From Entomortierella parvispora E1425 (lineage: Eukaryota; Fungi; Mortierellomycota): a stretch of DNA of 64,000 nt. The stretch spans positions 310,001 through 374,000 of the forward strand of contig BQFW01000002.1 of the NCBI GenBank assembly GCA_020891255.1, in the 5' to 3' direction. Shown here one piece after another: positions 62,219-64,000 of the stretch (within the stretch, counting starts at the first letter, position 1; each line of letters starts with the position of its first letter). The notes below the pieces were generated by a model. It saw only the letters and a program-made list of their open reading frames with translations, was not told the origin of the DNA and made no database searches. Made by a program: the position numbers and the translations under genes.

Positions 62219-62508
62219 ACGAAAAAAGAGTAGAACAAAAAAAAAAAAAGAAAAAAAAAGAAAGGCTGACAAAGACGTCAGCGCGCATGTAAAATAAACC
62301 GGCCATGATGACAGACTGGCATGTGGCTACTCTCTCTATCCCTCTATCTCCTATTCCTTCTCTCTTTCATTCTTTCTTTCTGTTGAAGCAAAAGTCATGT
62401 TTATTCTTTTTGGTATGAAAGACAAAAGTAAATGTTGAAAATGTTGAGCTCAATCGAAAAATCACAAACGGAAAAATAACAGGATCAAGTACAACAAAAT
62501 CGACTCCT

Positions 62509-64000
62509 TTAAGGGAATCCGATAATGTTGCTGTTGTAGTTGGCATTGGTGGTATTGTTGTTGACGTTGTTGTTGCCATACAAATTGCCGTTGCTTCCAG
62601 TACTGTGGATACTAGTACTGCTGTTGCTTCGGCCGCGAGTGTTGTCTGGTGGAGGATGGACCATGGGCCTGGTGTTCTCAGTATTGTTGTCCATGTAGAA
62701 CGATTGTGGCCGTGATTGATCCCCTCCCGCCATGTTGCTGTAAGCGTGAGGTGGGCTGGTCGCACTCGCAAATTGAACAGCCGACACCCTCGGTTCATCC
62801 TTGATCTCTGTATCTTCCTCATCGTCATCACGGTACGGTGTCGAGAAGGAATTGTTCTGTTGCTCCAATGCATTCGCGCTCATCAGAGGCACCTGCTGCT
62901 GTTGTTGAATCTGGACCGGGTTATAGGCGTTAAACTGTGCCTGTTGCTGCTGATAAGGGCTGAACTGCTTTTGGCCATACTGGTTCTGATTAAGAGGGAG
63001 ATCATACATGGTAGCATCGCTGTTGCGGGGGATAGCCGAAAGATCGATCTGAGAATGCTCCAGGCTGTTGGAATCATTCCGCATGCCAGAGAGACGAGAA
63101 GCTGCTCCTGCGCCAGACACAGCTGCGGCAGAGGTGGCCAAGCCTTCCGAAGATACATTGCTGTTGGTAGTGAAGGGTTTGCGGTTATTGAATCCAGCAA
63201 AGGCCGCAGCGCCCCCTCTCCTTGGTCCACGTCTTCTGCACAGCCGTGTGAATACAGAAGCAATAATCACGAGCGCCAAGAATCCACCAATAGAACCAGC
63301 AATGGTTGCGATACCATGCTGTGAAAACCAGGAGGGGTTGATGGTACCAAACTGTGCACTCCAGGAAGACGAGCCAAGACTGTAGATCATTGGGTAAGAG
63401 TTCGACGCAGCCTTGGTTGAGGAGGTCAAAAACTCGAATCCTGAGAGCGAAATGATATCATTGTTGGTCTGGATCAGGGAATGAGAAGCACGGCCAGTCA
63501 CCGAGGGCGTGCCCAAAGTCCATTGCCAACTGTTCGTGTTGAGAATCCAGAGTTCATTCGAGTAACCGACCGTTGGGTTTGTTTGGCTGGTGTTGCCTCC
63601 ATGCATGTAGATCTGATTGTTGCCGACTAAAAGTGGATGTAGAGTTGACATAGGTGAGTACCGAGGTCGTTTGTAGGTGGGACATCAGAAGATACTGTTG
63701 AGCCATCTACTCATATTCTGCTTACCAGCAAGAAGGGCCGCAAGACGTCGGGGCAAGGGGAAAGATCCACCAGTGGGTGCTGTCTGTAATTCGAAACCAA
63801 AGAAAAATCACGCTCGGTCAGAAGTGCTGTCGAGACTGAATACCAAAAAAAAAAAAAAAAAAAAAAAACTTATCCTTACCAACATCTGCTTCTGCCAAGT
63901 GTTTGTCTGAATATTGTAAACCCAGCAGCGGTCCAGCAGGTAGTACTGTGAGGCTGGATCGACATCCTCTCCACTCAGAGGGGTTCCCAAAGTCTTCCCA
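62509..64000 (-). CDS. Kelch-repeat type-I membrane protein; 5' end outside the window
   Basis: Exons >64000-63880, about 63782-63725, 63626-62509. Kelch-like IYMHGG, NELWILNTNSWQW, GRASHS, ISLSG; TM IATIAGSIGGFLALVIIASVF then RLCRRRG; low-complexity tail. Confidence 0.8.

Noticed and set aside
1-64000. tRNA/rRNA genes, CRISPR array, transposase or RT, in-frame TGA/selenoprotein, TGA-CTA readthrough PTS1
   Set aside because: Looked for by eye and found no supporting motifs. tRNAscan-SE, Infernal and RepeatMasker were not run.

Overview
This is an intron-rich fungal genomic segment: canonical GT-AG introns full of poly(A)/poly(T) tracts, pyrimidine-rich leaders and Q-rich coding regions. Gene content and style suggest an early-diverging fungus, probably Mortierellaceae (inference). 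I spliced the genes by hand and found about 20 protein-coding genes. In order: CCR4 (partial), a BLOC1S5/Muted-like gene hidden from the ORF track, an atypical septin, a 1502-aa orphan, a stand-alone RapGAP, a type-I membrane protein, a Q-rich AIG1/GIMAP GTPase, a PRL/PTP4A phosphatase, a CP2/Grainyhead factor, a TPT-family transporter, PEF1, D-amino-acid oxidase, an F-box protein, two tandem P450s, a DUF4097-like protein, DNA polymerase eta, Rheb, SmG, TIM21 and a partial kelch membrane protein. I saw no tRNA, rRNA, CRISPR array, recognisable transposon or biosynthetic cluster, and no single clear-cut novel system. The best leads are: a head-to-head AIG1/PRL pair sharing a TGATTGAC repeat array; a PRL whose CAAX box is replaced by a predicted amphipathic helix; a Rheb with an altered switch I; an obligatory GC-AG intron after the micro-exon carrying Pol eta motif I; and a probable unannotated small gene at 13.6-14.4 kb. 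All protein identities come from motif recognition, not database searches.
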